Source: Candidatus Limnocylindrales bacterium
GTDB lineage: Bacteria; Chloroflexota; Limnocylindria; Limnocylindrales; CSP1-4
DNA: 64,000 bases
Assembly: GCA_038214255.1 (NCBI GenBank)
Contig: JBBQRZ010000011.1
Span: 12,254 to 76,253, forward strand
Reading direction: 5' to 3'
Shown piece after piece: positions 53,518-62,724 of the stretch (the first letter of the stretch is position 1; the number at the start of each line of letters is the position of its first letter). Under the pieces are notes generated by a model. That model had not been told where the DNA came from. It did no database searches and was given only the letters and a program-made list of their open reading frames with translations. Both the position numbers and the translations under genes were made by a program.

Positions 53518-54884
53518 GCGGTCGCGCCGACCGGCAGTGGGGTCGATTGGGCCGCGGCGCTTTCGGTCGCGACCGTCGTCGGGATAGCCACGGCCGCAGG
53601 CGAGGCCGTCCTGCCCACGATCGGCGACGGCGAGCCGATCCTGCGCCACCACACGTAGGCACCCAGGCCGACGGCCAACGACAGCAGTCCGCCGATCGCG
53701 ACCGTCGTCGGCATGCCGGCAACGGACGCGAGCGCACCCGCAGCGATGCCCCCGATCGGGATCGACGCCGAGAAGACCGTCGTGTAGACGCTCATGACCC
53801 GGCCGCGCAGGCCATCGGGCACCGACAGCTGGATCGTCGCATTGGACGTCGCGGCCATCGTGATGCCACCGGCCCCGATCGGGATCATCAACGCCAGCGA
53901 AAGCGGGAACGACGTGGAGACCGCGAGGGCGACTGACGCGACGCCCAACACGATGGCCCCGAGAGCGATGCGCACCGGATGCGGGCGTCCACCGATGACG
54001 AGGGCAACGGCAGCTCCAAGCGCCCCGAGACCGGACGCGGTCATGAGGAACCCGTAGCCGGCAGCGTCGCTGTGGAGGACATTCGCGGCGAGCGGCGGGA
54101 CGAGCACCGTGAAGTTCATGCCCGCGGTCGCGACGAGCCCGACCACGGTCACGGCCAGGAGCACGACCGGGGTGTCGCGCACGTAGCGCAATCCCTCGGC
54201 CAGGTTCTGGAAGACCTCCCGAACCGATCGGGGTCGGGGGACGAGCCTGGCTCCATGCAGCTCGCTGTCCCGCATCATCCACAGTCCGACGATGACCGCG
54301 AGGAAGCTCGCGGCGTTGAGAGCGAACGCGGTCGCGATGCCGAAGGCGCCGATCGTCAATCCGGCGATCGCCGGGCCGACGACGCGCGCACCGTTGAACA
54401 TGGCGGAGTTGAGCGCGACCGCATTGCCGACATCGCGCGGCCCGACCATCTCGTACGCGAACGACTGGCGGACCGGCATGTCGACGGCGTTGGCGCAGCC
54501 GAGGAAGATCGCGAGCAGGACGATCATCCACACCTGGACGAGGCCGGTCGCGGTCAGTACCGCGAGCAGGGCCGCCAGCACCATCATCACAACCTGTACC
54601 GCGAGCATGGTATGGCGCTTGGGCAGGACATCGGCCAGGACGCCCGCGAACAGGCCCAGGATCATGACCGGCAGGAACTGGGCAGCCGCCACGACGCCGA
54701 GCCACAGGGGGTCGCCGTTGGTGACGGTCAGGACGAGCCAGGCCTGGGCGACCTGCTGCATCCAGGTGCCGATGAGCGAGATCGCCTGACCGCCGAAGAA
54801 GAGCCGGTAGTTGCGATGGCGGAACGGCGCGACCGCGCGGGTCCGGGCGAGCCGTCGCGGCGCCAGTGCGGAGGGACCGGTCAT
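53442..54884 (-). CDS. MFS transporter (EntS/MFS_3-like exporter)
   Basis: Blocks FRHRNYRLFFGGQAISLIGTWMQQVAQAWLV match the family, and there are 12 TM segments. The ATG overlaps the merR stop (ATGA). The low-complexity C-terminal tail overlaps the convergent KS gene by 76 nt. Confidence 0.85.
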   Translation of the reverse strand: MTGPSALAPRRLARTRAVAPFRHRNYRLFFGGQAISLIGTWMQQVAQAWLVLTVTNGDPLWLGVVAAAQFLPVMILGLFAGVLADVLPKRHTMLAVQVVMMVLAALLAVLTATGLVQVWMIVLLAIFLGCANAVDMPVRQSFAYEMVGPRDVGNAVALNSAMFNGARVVGPAIAGLTIGAFGIATAFALNAASFLAVIVGLWMMRDSELHGARLVPRPRSVREVFQNLAEGLRYVRDTPVVLLAVTVVGLVATAGMNFTVLVPPLAANVLHSDAAGYGFLMTASGLGALGAAVALVIGGRPHPVRIALGAIVLGVASVALAVSTSFPLSLALMIPIGAGGITMAATSNATIQLSVPDGLRGRVMSVYTTVFSASIPIGGIAAGALASVAGMPTTVAIGGLLSLAVGLGAYVWWRRIGSPSPIVGRTASPAAVAIPTTVATESAAAQSTPLPVGATAQSAAPNTSAALRPPKPNEVLSTRR

Positions 54885-55393
54885 CAGCCCGCCTCCGGCG
54901 CCGGATGCCGCCCTTCGCCCGGGTGCGGATCGGGGCCGCCGTCGAGATTCGCCAGGTGCTCGTCGAGGTGGCGGCGTCGACCGCGGGCGTCCGCGATCAT
55001 CGCGTCGAGGCGGGCACGCTTGGCTTCGAGCGTCGCGATCTGGCGATCGACTCGAGCCGTTGCGTCCGCCAGCAGCACGCGTCGCTCCGTCTGGTCGCCG
55101 CTCGTGCGGAAGCGCCGTCGATTGCGCTCGCGCGCCGCCTCGTCCTCGAGCAATTGGCCGATCTGGGCCAGCGAGAAACCGGCGTCGTCGCGCAGGCTGC
55201 GGATGAACCGCAGACGCTCAAGGTCGGAGGCGTCGTACAGCCGGTACGCGCCATCGGAGCGCGCGGCGGGCTCCAGCAGCCCGATCTCTTCGTAGTAGCG
55301 GATCGCCCGGGTCGTGAGGCCGGTATCGGCGGCAACGTCCTGGATCCGAAGGAGGGTGCCCTCGTCCGGGGCGGTTGTGATCTGCGGTGACAT
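54884..55393 (-). CDS. MerR-family transcriptional regulator
   Basis: The HTH block is LRIQDVAADTGLTTRAIRYYEEIGLL, followed by YRLYDASDLERLRFIRSLRDDAGFSLAQI and a coiled-coil. Confidence 0.9.
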   Translation of the reverse strand: MSPQITTAPDEGTLLRIQDVAADTGLTTRAIRYYEEIGLLEPAARSDGAYRLYDASDLERLRFIRSLRDDAGFSLAQIGQLLEDEAARERNRRRFRTSGDQTERRVLLADATARVDRQIATLEAKRARLDAMIADARGRRRHLDEHLANLDGGPDPHPGEGRHPAPEAG

Positions 55394-55400
55394 CCCCCCG

Positions 55401-55436
55401 ATGATACCACAACCTTGACGTTTACGTGAAGGTTGT
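55401..55436 (-). promoter_or_regulatory. MerR-type promoter/operator of the merR-MFS operon
   Basis: The palindrome ACAACCTT-N12-AAGGTTGT spans 55409-55436. On the minus strand, TTCACG (-35-like) is separated by 18 nt from TATCAT (plus-strand 55401-55406), which ends 7 nt before the ATG. This implies a near-leaderless transcript. Confidence 0.6.
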
Positions 55437-55529
55437 TCCCTTGGCCCTGGCCGCGGTCTGCCGGGATTCCGGCATCATCCGGCGACGACATCGCGGACGG
55501 TCGTCCTCCGGATCGCGGCAGCCTATCCG

Positions 55530-56474
55530 GTGGCGGTTGCCGCGCTGCTGGTGGTCGCGGTTGTCGTCGCGCCGAGGAGCGGCCCATTCGCGCTGGCGAT
55601 CGTGCTGGCCGCTCAGCTGGCCATCGGCGCCGTGGTCCTGCTGCCCTTGGCGCTGTTGCGGGGCGGCGGCTGGCTGCGTGCCGGTCTCCTCGCCCTGCTG
55701 GTCGTCTCGGTGCCGTGGTTCGGCGGGGAATGGCTGTCCCTACCCGCGAGCGATCCGCCGCCGCCTCGACTCGCCGTCCTGTCGTGGAATCTGCAGCGCG
55801 GCGCCCGCGCTGGCGCGGACACCGTCGCGGCACTCCGTGCCCAGGACGCACAAGTGGTGGCGGTCCAGGAGCTCACCACCGACCACGCTCGCGCGACCGA
55901 TACCGACCCGGAGCTGGTGCGACGCTATCCGTACCAGATCCCGCGGCCCCGCGACGACTTCCTCGGCTTGGCGCTGCTGTCGACCTTCGCGATCTCGGCG
56001 AGCGAGCCGTTCGACGATCCGGCCGGCATCGAGGCCCGGATCGACTCCGGCGCTGGGCCCGTGACGGTCATCACGGCGCATCCCCTCCCCGGCCGGTTGA
56101 TCAAGCGTTTCGGTCTGCCGGTCGTGACGAGCTTCGACCCCTCGACCAGGGATGCGGACCTGATCAGGCTGCACGATCGCATCGACGCGGCGATCGCGCG
56201 TCGCGAGCGCGTGGTCGTGGTCGGCGACTTCAACACGTCGCCGACGGAGGCGGTCTATCGCGATCTCGTCCGCGGACTCCGGGACGTCCATGCGGAGGCT
56301 GGTTCGGGCCCTGGCTGGACGTGGCGACCCAGCAATCTCGAGGGGCTCGGGATCGGGCTGATCCGGATCGATCTCGCGCTCGTTGGACCCAGCGTTCGTC
56401 CGACGGGCATCAGCGAGCTCTGCCTGTCACCGGGCGACCATTGCCAGCTGCGGGTCGGCGTGGCGTTCGACTGA
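55530..56474 (+). CDS. endonuclease/exonuclease/phosphatase (EEP) family protein with N-terminal TM segments
   Basis: Three hydrophobic segments are followed by LAVLSWNLQ, VVAVQEL, VVVVGDFN and GDHCQL, which are typical EEP catalytic blocks. The start is uncertain. Confidence 0.7.
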   Translation: MAVAALLVVAVVVAPRSGPFALAIVLAAQLAIGAVVLLPLALLRGGGWLRAGLLALLVVSVPWFGGEWLSLPASDPPPPRLAVLSWNLQRGARAGADTVAALRAQDAQVVAVQELTTDHARATDTDPELVRRYPYQIPRPRDDFLGLALLSTFAISASEPFDDPAGIEARIDSGAGPVTVITAHPLPGRLIKRFGLPVVTSFDPSTRDADLIRLHDRIDAAIARRERVVVVGDFNTSPTEAVYRDLVRGLRDVHAEAGSGPGWTWRPSNLEGLGIGLIRIDLALVGPSVRPTGISELCLSPGDHCQLRVGVAFD

Positions 56475-56553
56475 GCCTCGCGCCACCGAGTTGACCCGGC
56501 GCCGGCGGCCCTTGTCGGGACTTGGTTGTCTGCGCGGCGGATCGGTCTCGGCG

Positions 56554-57372
56554 TCACGCGACGGCAGCCGCGGCCTCTCGCAGGACGACGACCTCGAGCG
56601 GTTCCGCGCTGCCCTTGACGGAAAGATGGCGCCGCTCCAGGACATCGGTGCGTCCGGCCGCGGCCCACGCCACGCCGCTGACGAACAACTCTTCGGCTCC
56701 GGCGTCGGAGCCTAGCCGGGCGGCCACGTTGACGGTGTCGCCGAGCGCTGTGAAGTCGAGGCGATCGTCCGAGCCCACGGTTCCCACGAACGCCTGGCCC
56801 GTGTGGACTCCGACGCCGACGCGGACGCCGCCGGCGACGAGCTGCCGCTCGGCGACGTCTCGGAGCACCGCCTCGCCGGCCTCGATCGCGCGAATCGCAT
56901 GCAGGTCGTCGGTGACTACCGGGATGAACAGGGCCATGATGCCGTCGCCGAGGAACTTGTCGACGATCCCATCGTGCTCGTGGATCGCCTTGGCGGCCAG
57001 GAGGTAGAACTGCTGGACGAGCCGGCGGAACTCACCGGCCGACGTCCGCTCGGCGATCCCGGTCGAGCCGCGGATGTCCGCGAAGAGGACGCTGATCTCG
57101 ATCTCGGCGCCACCGGGGCCTTTGCGGAGGTTGCCGAAGCACAGGTTGCACAGCATTGGGTTCGAAGACGATTGCCCGTGCATCATCAGGCGGGTGACGA
57201 GGCGGCCAGGCCCACGGAACGGCGCGGCGCACATCTTGCAGCGTGGGTCCGACGGGATCCGGCTGAACCTCCGGCGGAGCGCCGGCAGACTCGGGTCCTG
57301 GCCGGTCAGGATCGTTCGCCACATCTCCGCATTGCCGTCGCCTTCCGGCGGTCGGGTCCGCTCTTCACTCAT
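56554..57372 (-). CDS. class III adenylate/guanylate cyclase with N-terminal zinc-ribbon-like Cys pairs
   Basis: The Cys pairs are CKMCAAPF...CNLCFGNL. The cyclase blocks are VLFADIRGSTG, IVDKFLGDGIMALF, VGVHTGQAFVG and LGDTVNVAARL. Confidence 0.85.
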   Translation of the reverse strand: MSEERTRPPEGDGNAEMWRTILTGQDPSLPALRRRFSRIPSDPRCKMCAAPFRGPGRLVTRLMMHGQSSSNPMLCNLCFGNLRKGPGGAEIEISVLFADIRGSTGIAERTSAGEFRRLVQQFYLLAAKAIHEHDGIVDKFLGDGIMALFIPVVTDDLHAIRAIEAGEAVLRDVAERQLVAGGVRVGVGVHTGQAFVGTVGSDDRLDFTALGDTVNVAARLGSDAGAEELFVSGVAWAAAGRTDVLERRHLSVKGSAEPLEVVVLREAAAAVA

Positions 57373-57420
57373 GACGGCGAAACGGTACGCCTTGTCGGCA
57401 CGACGTTCAGCCTCCCGCTC

Positions 57421-58431
57421 TCAGTCGAGGGTGAAGTGGTCCGGGTCCTGGTAGCGGCCGGTCCGCTGGAACTCGATCTGCATCAGGACGTCGTTGAGCA
57501 GCGACGAGGCGCCGAACCGGAACCAGTCCGGCGACATCCAGCGCGGACCGAGGGTCTCGTACAGGACGACGAGGTACTGGATGGCTTGCTTGGCCGTGCG
57601 GATCCCTCCCGCCGGCTTCATGCCGACCTGGCGCCCGGTGGCATGCTCGAAGTCGCGGATCGCCTCGAACATGACGAGGGTGACCGGCAGCGTCGCGGCC
57701 GGCGTCACCTTGCCGGTCGAGGTCTTGATGAAATCGGCGCCAGCGGCCATCGCGAGGATCGAGGCACGGCGGACGTTGTCGTACGTTTCGAGCTCGCCGG
57801 TCTCGAGGATGACCTTGAGGTGGGCCGCCCCGGCGGCTTCCTTGACCTCGACGATCTCCTCGAACACCGTCGCGTAGTCGCCCGAGAGGAACGCCCCGCG
57901 GTCGATGACCATGTCGATCTCGTCCGCCCCGGCTTCGACCGCCGCGCGGGTCTCGGCGAGCTTGATGTCGCGGAACGTCTGGCCCGAGGGGAACCCGGTC
58001 GCGACGCTGGCGACCTTGACGCCGCTGCCGCGGAGGGCGTCCTTGGCGTCGGCGATCATCGCCGGGTAGACGCACACCGCCGCGACTGACGGGATCGTCG
58101 GGTCGCCTGGTTGCGGGCGCATCGCCTTGACGCACAGGGCCCGGATCTTGCCGGGTGTGTCCTTCCCCTCGAGCGTCGTCAGATCCATCATCCGGATCGC
58201 GAGGTCGAGCGCCCACAGCTTCGAGGCCTTCTTGATCGACCGCCGCTTGAGCGCGTCGACGCGGGCTTCGACGCCGACCTGGTCGACGGTGCTGACCCGC
58301 CCGAGCAGGCCGCCGAGCGGATTGCCGAGCGCTCCGGTGCGCCCGTCCCACGCCCGGACGAGCTCGTTGGCGCGCTCGCGAGCGACGCTGTCGGGACGCT
58401 TGGTGGCCGTCATGGAACGGAGAGGATACAC
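57421..58431 (-). CDS. deoC: deoxyribose-phosphate aldolase (long, ~336 aa form)
   Basis: MDLTTLEG, ATGFPSG, EIDMVI, and the Schiff-base Lys context DFIKTSTGK match the family. Confidence 0.85.
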   Translation of the reverse strand: MYPLRSMTATKRPDSVARERANELVRAWDGRTGALGNPLGGLLGRVSTVDQVGVEARVDALKRRSIKKASKLWALDLAIRMMDLTTLEGKDTPGKIRALCVKAMRPQPGDPTIPSVAAVCVYPAMIADAKDALRGSGVKVASVATGFPSGQTFRDIKLAETRAAVEAGADEIDMVIDRGAFLSGDYATVFEEIVEVKEAAGAAHLKVILETGELETYDNVRRASILAMAAGADFIKTSTGKVTPAATLPVTLVMFEAIRDFEHATGRQVGMKPAGGIRTAKQAIQYLVVLYETLGPRWMSPDWFRFGASSLLNDVLMQIEFQRTGRYQDPDHFTLD

Positions 58432-58446
58432 CTCGATCCGACGCCC

Positions 58447-60594
58447 TCAGCGACCCCCGCGAACCCGGGGCAGCGGCGGCAACCCGCGCTTGCCCTCGAC
58501 GAGGTAGTGGCGGAACCACCACAGCACGATCTCGAGGTTCTCGATCCGCCGGAACGGCGTGCCCGAGCGGGTCAGCTCGTGCGTCTCCTCGGGCACGCGC
58601 AGGAGACGGACCGGACGGCGGTAAGTTCGCAACACCGTGAACAGGGCCTCGGCCTGCGAGATCGTCGTGCGGAGGTCATTCTCCGCGTGCTGGATGAGCA
58701 GCGGCGTCCGGATCGAGTCGGCGTAGGTGATCGGCGAGATCTCGCGGTAGTACTCAGGGTCGTTCCACGGCGTCGAATCGAACTCGAGCTCGGCCCAGTC
58801 GCCGCCGCTGATGTCGCCGGTCAGGAACTGCGTCGACATGTCGTTCACCGATCGACACGTCATCGCGGCGCGGAAACGCTGATCGTGCCCGACGATCCAG
58901 GATGTCAGGTAGCCGCCGTACGAGCCGCCGGTCAACCCCAGGCGGTCCGGATCCGCCAGCCCCTCGGCGACAAGCGCGTCCACGCCGGCGAGGACGTCGC
59001 GGGATGGTCCGGGTCCCCAGTCGCGGTGGTTCCCGTCGTTGAAGGCCTCGCCGTAGCCCTCCGAGCCGCGTGGGTTGCAGTAAAAGACGCCGATCCCGTT
59101 CACGGCGAGGATCTGGAACTCCCACATCGGCGACCAGCCGTAGAGCGTGTGCGGACCACCGTGGATTTCGGTGACGAGGGGGCGCCGACGCCCGCCGGCC
59201 GGGAGGAACCAGCCCTGGATGTCGCGACCGTCGACCCTCGCGTGGCGCTCGACTGGTTCGACCAGGTGGAGTTCGCTGAGGACCTCCTCGTTGAACGAGG
59301 TGAGGCGACGGGCCTCGCCGGCGCCGTCCTGGATCCACAGGTCCGGCGGCTCGGTCGGCGTCGAACGCAGGTAGGCGAACCGCGCCCCATCGCGCGGGCC
59401 GGCGACCGCGTCCCAGCCGCTGACGTAGTGGCGACCGGTCGTGAGCCGCTCCACGTCGCCCGACGTGGTCTCGATCCGCCACAGCTCGTAGGCGCCTTCG
59501 ATCGGCGCGGTGAAGGTGATCGACCGGCTGTCGGGTGACGGCCACAGGACCGACAACTCGCCGCGCGCCACGTCGCTGTTCATGGCGGAGCCCGGCATGA
59601 GGTCGTGGCGACCGGACAGGTTCCGGCCGCCGGACGGGCTCGCGTCCGAGCCGTCGGAAGCAAAGAGCCACAGGTCGTTCCGGCTCCCGCCGCGGCCCTC
59701 GAGTCGGTTGCCGAGCGCCGCGATCGAGCGGCCATGGGGCATCCAGGATGGGATCCCGAAGATCGAGCGAGGGCCTGCCGTGATGGCAGTCACCCGCCGC
59801 GTCGCGACGTCGACGACATGGATCGCCTGCCGGGAGCGCAGGTCGTGGTCGCGCCGCCGGTCCGTGGAGAACGCGATGCGCGAGCCGTCCGGCGACCAGG
59901 CGGGCTCACGCTCGGCCACCGGACCGTCGGTCAGCCGGCTGGCGGCCCCGCTCGCGACATCGACGAGCCACAGGTGCGGGATCCGGTCGTACGTGAATCC
60001 GTCGCCGTTGAGCATGTAGTCGAGCCGATCGATGAAGCGATAGTCGGACGGGGGCGGGGTGCCGGGTTTTGGTCGCCCGCCGCGGCCCCGGCGGCGCGCG
60101 TCCTCCTCGTACGTCGCCGCGAGCGACGCCGAGGCGACGACCAGGCGGGTCCCGTCCGGCGACCATTCGAACCCCTGGACCCCGCGAGGCAGGTCGGTGA
60201 GGCGGCGGGCCTCGCCGCCGTCGAGCGGCAGCAGGTGGACCTGGCGAACGTCCTCGCGGTCCTTGGCCTCCCTGGGCCGGGCCGGCTCCTCCTCGAGCAG
60301 CGGCCGCCGATCGGACAGGAAGGCCAGCGTGCCACCGTCGGGCGAGAAACGCGGGTGATCGTCCCGCCGAGCCCCGAGCGTCAGCTGGCGCGGCGGCGCG
60401 GAGCCATCGGTCGGAACGAGCCAGATGGCCCACCGATAGCCGTCGTACGTCGGGGCCACGGTCTGGAGCGTGACGACCGCCAGCCGCCCATCGGGCGACA
60501 GGCGCGGCTCGGTCGCGACGCGCAGCCGATAGAGGTCGTCGGGCCTCGGGGGTCGCGTGGCGGGCCGAGGGCAGCGACGGGAAGATCGTGGCAC
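58447..60594 (-). CDS. S9-family serine peptidase (beta-propeller plus prolyl-oligopeptidase/acylaminoacyl-peptidase catalytic domain)
   Basis: TolB-like repeats (PRLSPDGRLA, PRFSPDGGTLAF, WSPDGTRL, WSPDGSRIAF) are followed by the nucleophile GGSYGGYL, then HAENDLR and the His context EETHEL. Confidence 0.85.
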   Translation of the reverse strand: MPRSSRRCPRPATRPPRPDDLYRLRVATEPRLSPDGRLAVVTLQTVAPTYDGYRWAIWLVPTDGSAPPRQLTLGARRDDHPRFSPDGGTLAFLSDRRPLLEEEPARPREAKDREDVRQVHLLPLDGGEARRLTDLPRGVQGFEWSPDGTRLVVASASLAATYEEDARRRGRGGRPKPGTPPPSDYRFIDRLDYMLNGDGFTYDRIPHLWLVDVASGAASRLTDGPVAEREPAWSPDGSRIAFSTDRRRDHDLRSRQAIHVVDVATRRVTAITAGPRSIFGIPSWMPHGRSIAALGNRLEGRGGSRNDLWLFASDGSDASPSGGRNLSGRHDLMPGSAMNSDVARGELSVLWPSPDSRSITFTAPIEGAYELWRIETTSGDVERLTTGRHYVSGWDAVAGPRDGARFAYLRSTPTEPPDLWIQDGAGEARRLTSFNEEVLSELHLVEPVERHARVDGRDIQGWFLPAGGRRRPLVTEIHGGPHTLYGWSPMWEFQILAVNGIGVFYCNPRGSEGYGEAFNDGNHRDWGPGPSRDVLAGVDALVAEGLADPDRLGLTGGSYGGYLTSWIVGHDQRFRAAMTCRSVNDMSTQFLTGDISGGDWAELEFDSTPWNDPEYYREISPITYADSIRTPLLIQHAENDLRTTISQAEALFTVLRTYRRPVRLLRVPEETHELTRSGTPFRRIENLEIVLWWFRHYLVEGKRGLPPLPRVRGGR

Positions 60595-60649
60595 GGCGGT
60601 GAGTCTATCCGGGCGGCGGCCGCGCGTGCGGGTCTACCATCGCCGGACG

Positions 60650-61405
60650 ATGGCCGACCAGCTCTCGTTGCGTCTCGAGTCGGACCGCCTGCCCGACCTG
60701 CCGGACCTGCGGCCGATGCTGCCGCGTCCGCTGGCCGAGCCGTTCGACTCCGACGAGCACGTGTTCGAGCCGTGGTGGGGCGGGATGCGGGCGCTCGTGT
60801 TCGTGGGCCCGGCGGACGCCCCGGGTGGCGGCGACGTCCGGGTCGTCGACGCCGACGGGGTGGATCGCACCGCGGCACTCCCCGAGCTGGCCGGCACGGC
60901 CGTGCGGATCGCGGCGCGATCGGCGATCCTCGACGGTGAGCTGGTTGTCGTGGATGCCGCGGGGCGAGCGGACCCGGCCGCGCTTGCCGAGCGTCTTGCC
61001 GGCGGGCCGGGGCGGCCGGCCGCGTTCCTGGCCCTGGACCTGCTGCACCTCGACGGGCGATCGCTGCTGAACCAGCCGTTGGTACGGCGGCGTGAGACGC
61101 TCCGCAAGGTCCTCCGACCGGGCGACGAGGTCGTGGCCGTGCCGGCCATCGCGACCGAGGGCCGGGCACTGTTCGAAGCGATCGTCGGCCAGGGGCTCGC
61201 CGGCATGATGGCGCGACAGCGCCAGGGCCCGTATCTACCCGGCGTGCGGAGCCGGCTCTGGCGGTTCATCGCGGCCGGACCCGGGTCACTGCCGGCCACG
61301 GAGCCGGCCGATGCCCTCGAGGCGCCGAGTTCGACATCGGGGACGGCGCCGGTCCTGGCGATGCTGAGCCGGCTTCCCCTCGACGACGAGATCGATTCGC
61401 GCTAG
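60650..61405 (+). CDS. ATP-dependent DNA ligase adenylation-domain homologue with degenerate catalytic motifs (probable pseudo-enzyme), no OB domain
   Basis: The internal ATG at 60650 is the likely start. Motif I reads FEPWWGGMRAL instead of the E-x-K-x-DG-x-R context. Motif III (ILDGELVVVD) and IIIa (FLALDLLHLDG) are intact. Motif IV reads AGMMARQ and motif V reads RLWRFI. The protein is 251 aa. Confidence 0.7.
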   Translation: MADQLSLRLESDRLPDLPDLRPMLPRPLAEPFDSDEHVFEPWWGGMRALVFVGPADAPGGGDVRVVDADGVDRTAALPELAGTAVRIAARSAILDGELVVVDAAGRADPAALAERLAGGPGRPAAFLALDLLHLDGRSLLNQPLVRRRETLRKVLRPGDEVVAVPAIATEGRALFEAIVGQGLAGMMARQRQGPYLPGVRSRLWRFIAAGPGSLPATEPADALEAPSSTSGTAPVLAMLSRLPLDDEIDSR

Positions 61406-62724
61406 CCCGCTCGACGGGCCGCAGCGATGAACGCCCGGACGCCGGGCCGCTGCCCGTAGAGCAGGACGCCCGCGGCATAGAGCCGGACGGCGACGACGGC
61501 GACGACCGCGATCGCGCCGAGCAGCAGCGCCACCGAGAGGGCCAGTTCCCAAGGTGCCACGCTGCCGGTCATCACCCGGGCCAGCATCACGAAGGGGCTG
61601 AACGGCGGCACGAACGAGGCGAACGTCGTCCATATGCCGCCTCCGCCGCTGAGCGCGACGATCGCCGAGAGATACCCGGCCATCGCGATGAGGCTCAATG
61701 GGAGCGACAGGGTCTGGAGGTCGTCCGGCCGGCTGACGAACGAGCCCATGGCCGCGTAGATGAGGGCGAAGAGCGTGAAGCCGAGCAGGAAGAACAGCCC
61801 ATAGGCGCCCAGCAGCGTGGGCGTCAGGCCGACCAGGGGCGCACCGGCGGCCCAGGTCGGGCCGAGCACGGCCTCGGCGATCCGATCCTGCACCGCGAGC
61901 ACGCCGAGCGCGGGCAGGGCGATCGCCACGTACTGGGTCAGCCCGGCCAGGCCGATCCCGACGACCTTCCCGGTCAGGAGCTGCCGCGGCGACGCAGCGC
62001 TGATCATCAGCTCCATGACCCGGCTGCTCTTCTCGGCGGCGACGCCCGTCGCGACCCACATCCCGTAGATCACGACGGTGATGAAGATCAGGACGACGAA
62101 GACGATCCCGAGGAACGATCGGCTGGCGAGCTCCTGCGGGTCGACCGGCTGGCCGCCGTCGCCCGGCGTGGCGATCGAGACCGGGTTGAAGACCGGCGTC
62201 TGGAACGGCCGTAGCTGCGAATCCTTCGGCAGCGACGACGTCCAGTCCAGGATCCCGAGAGCGAGCGCGGCGAACCCGACGAGCTGGTTGCGCACCGGAT
62301 TGGCGGGGCCGTTGGTCCGGTACGTGACGTCCAGCTGGCCGGACGGCAGGCGAGTGACGTCCATGACGCCGCTGATCCGTCCGGCAATGAGATCCGCTTG
62401 CGCGACGGAGCGATCGGTCCCGGACGAGATGTCGAACGATTTCTCCCATCGTGCCGGATCCGATCCGTTCGGCGGGATGTTCAGGAGGCTGTCGGCGACG
62501 CCGACGGCCGCGCGCGCGAGCTGCCCGTCGTCCGCGACGACCGCGATGTGGGTGACCGTCTGGCGGTCAAGGTAGCGGATGGCGATCGGCGAGATCGCGA
62601 CGACGAGGGCAAGACCCATGAGCACGATCGTCGACGCGAGGAACAACGGACTGCGGGTCCGATCACGGTACTCGCGGCGCGCCACGATCCCGGCGTTCGG
62701 CAGGAGCGGGTCGCGCCGCGCCAT
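61402..62724 (-). CDS. ABC-2 type transporter permease (NatB/YhaP-like, large extracytoplasmic loop)
   Basis: The ATG at 62722-62724 overlaps the ATPase stop by 1 nt. One N-terminal TM segment and a ~170-aa loop are followed by five or six TM segments. Confidence 0.8.
   Translation of the reverse strand: MARRDPLLPNAGIVARREYRDRTRSPLFLASTIVLMGLALVVAISPIAIRYLDRQTVTHIAVVADDGQLARAAVGVADSLLNIPPNGSDPARWEKSFDISSGTDRSVAQADLIAGRISGVMDVTRLPSGQLDVTYRTNGPANPVRNQLVGFAALALGILDWTSSLPKDSQLRPFQTPVFNPVSIATPGDGGQPVDPQELASRSFLGIVFVVLIFITVVIYGMWVATGVAAEKSSRVMELMISAASPRQLLTGKVVGIGLAGLTQYVAIALPALGVLAVQDRIAEAVLGPTWAAGAPLVGLTPTLLGAYGLFFLLGFTLFALIYAAMGSFVSRPDDLQTLSLPLSLIAMAGYLSAIVALSGGGGIWTTFASFVPPFSPFVMLARVMTGSVAPWELALSVALLLGAIAVVAVVAVRLYAAGVLLYGQRPGVRAFIAAARRAG

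Noticed and set aside
55530-57372. A class III cyclase sits next to a membrane-anchored EEP nuclease-like protein, which raised the idea of a Pycsar/CBASS-style cyclic-nucleotide defence pair.
   Set aside because: The two genes are convergent rather than co-operonic. The EEP protein has no cyclic-nucleotide-binding domain that I can see. The cyclase looks like an ordinary adenylate-type class III enzyme.
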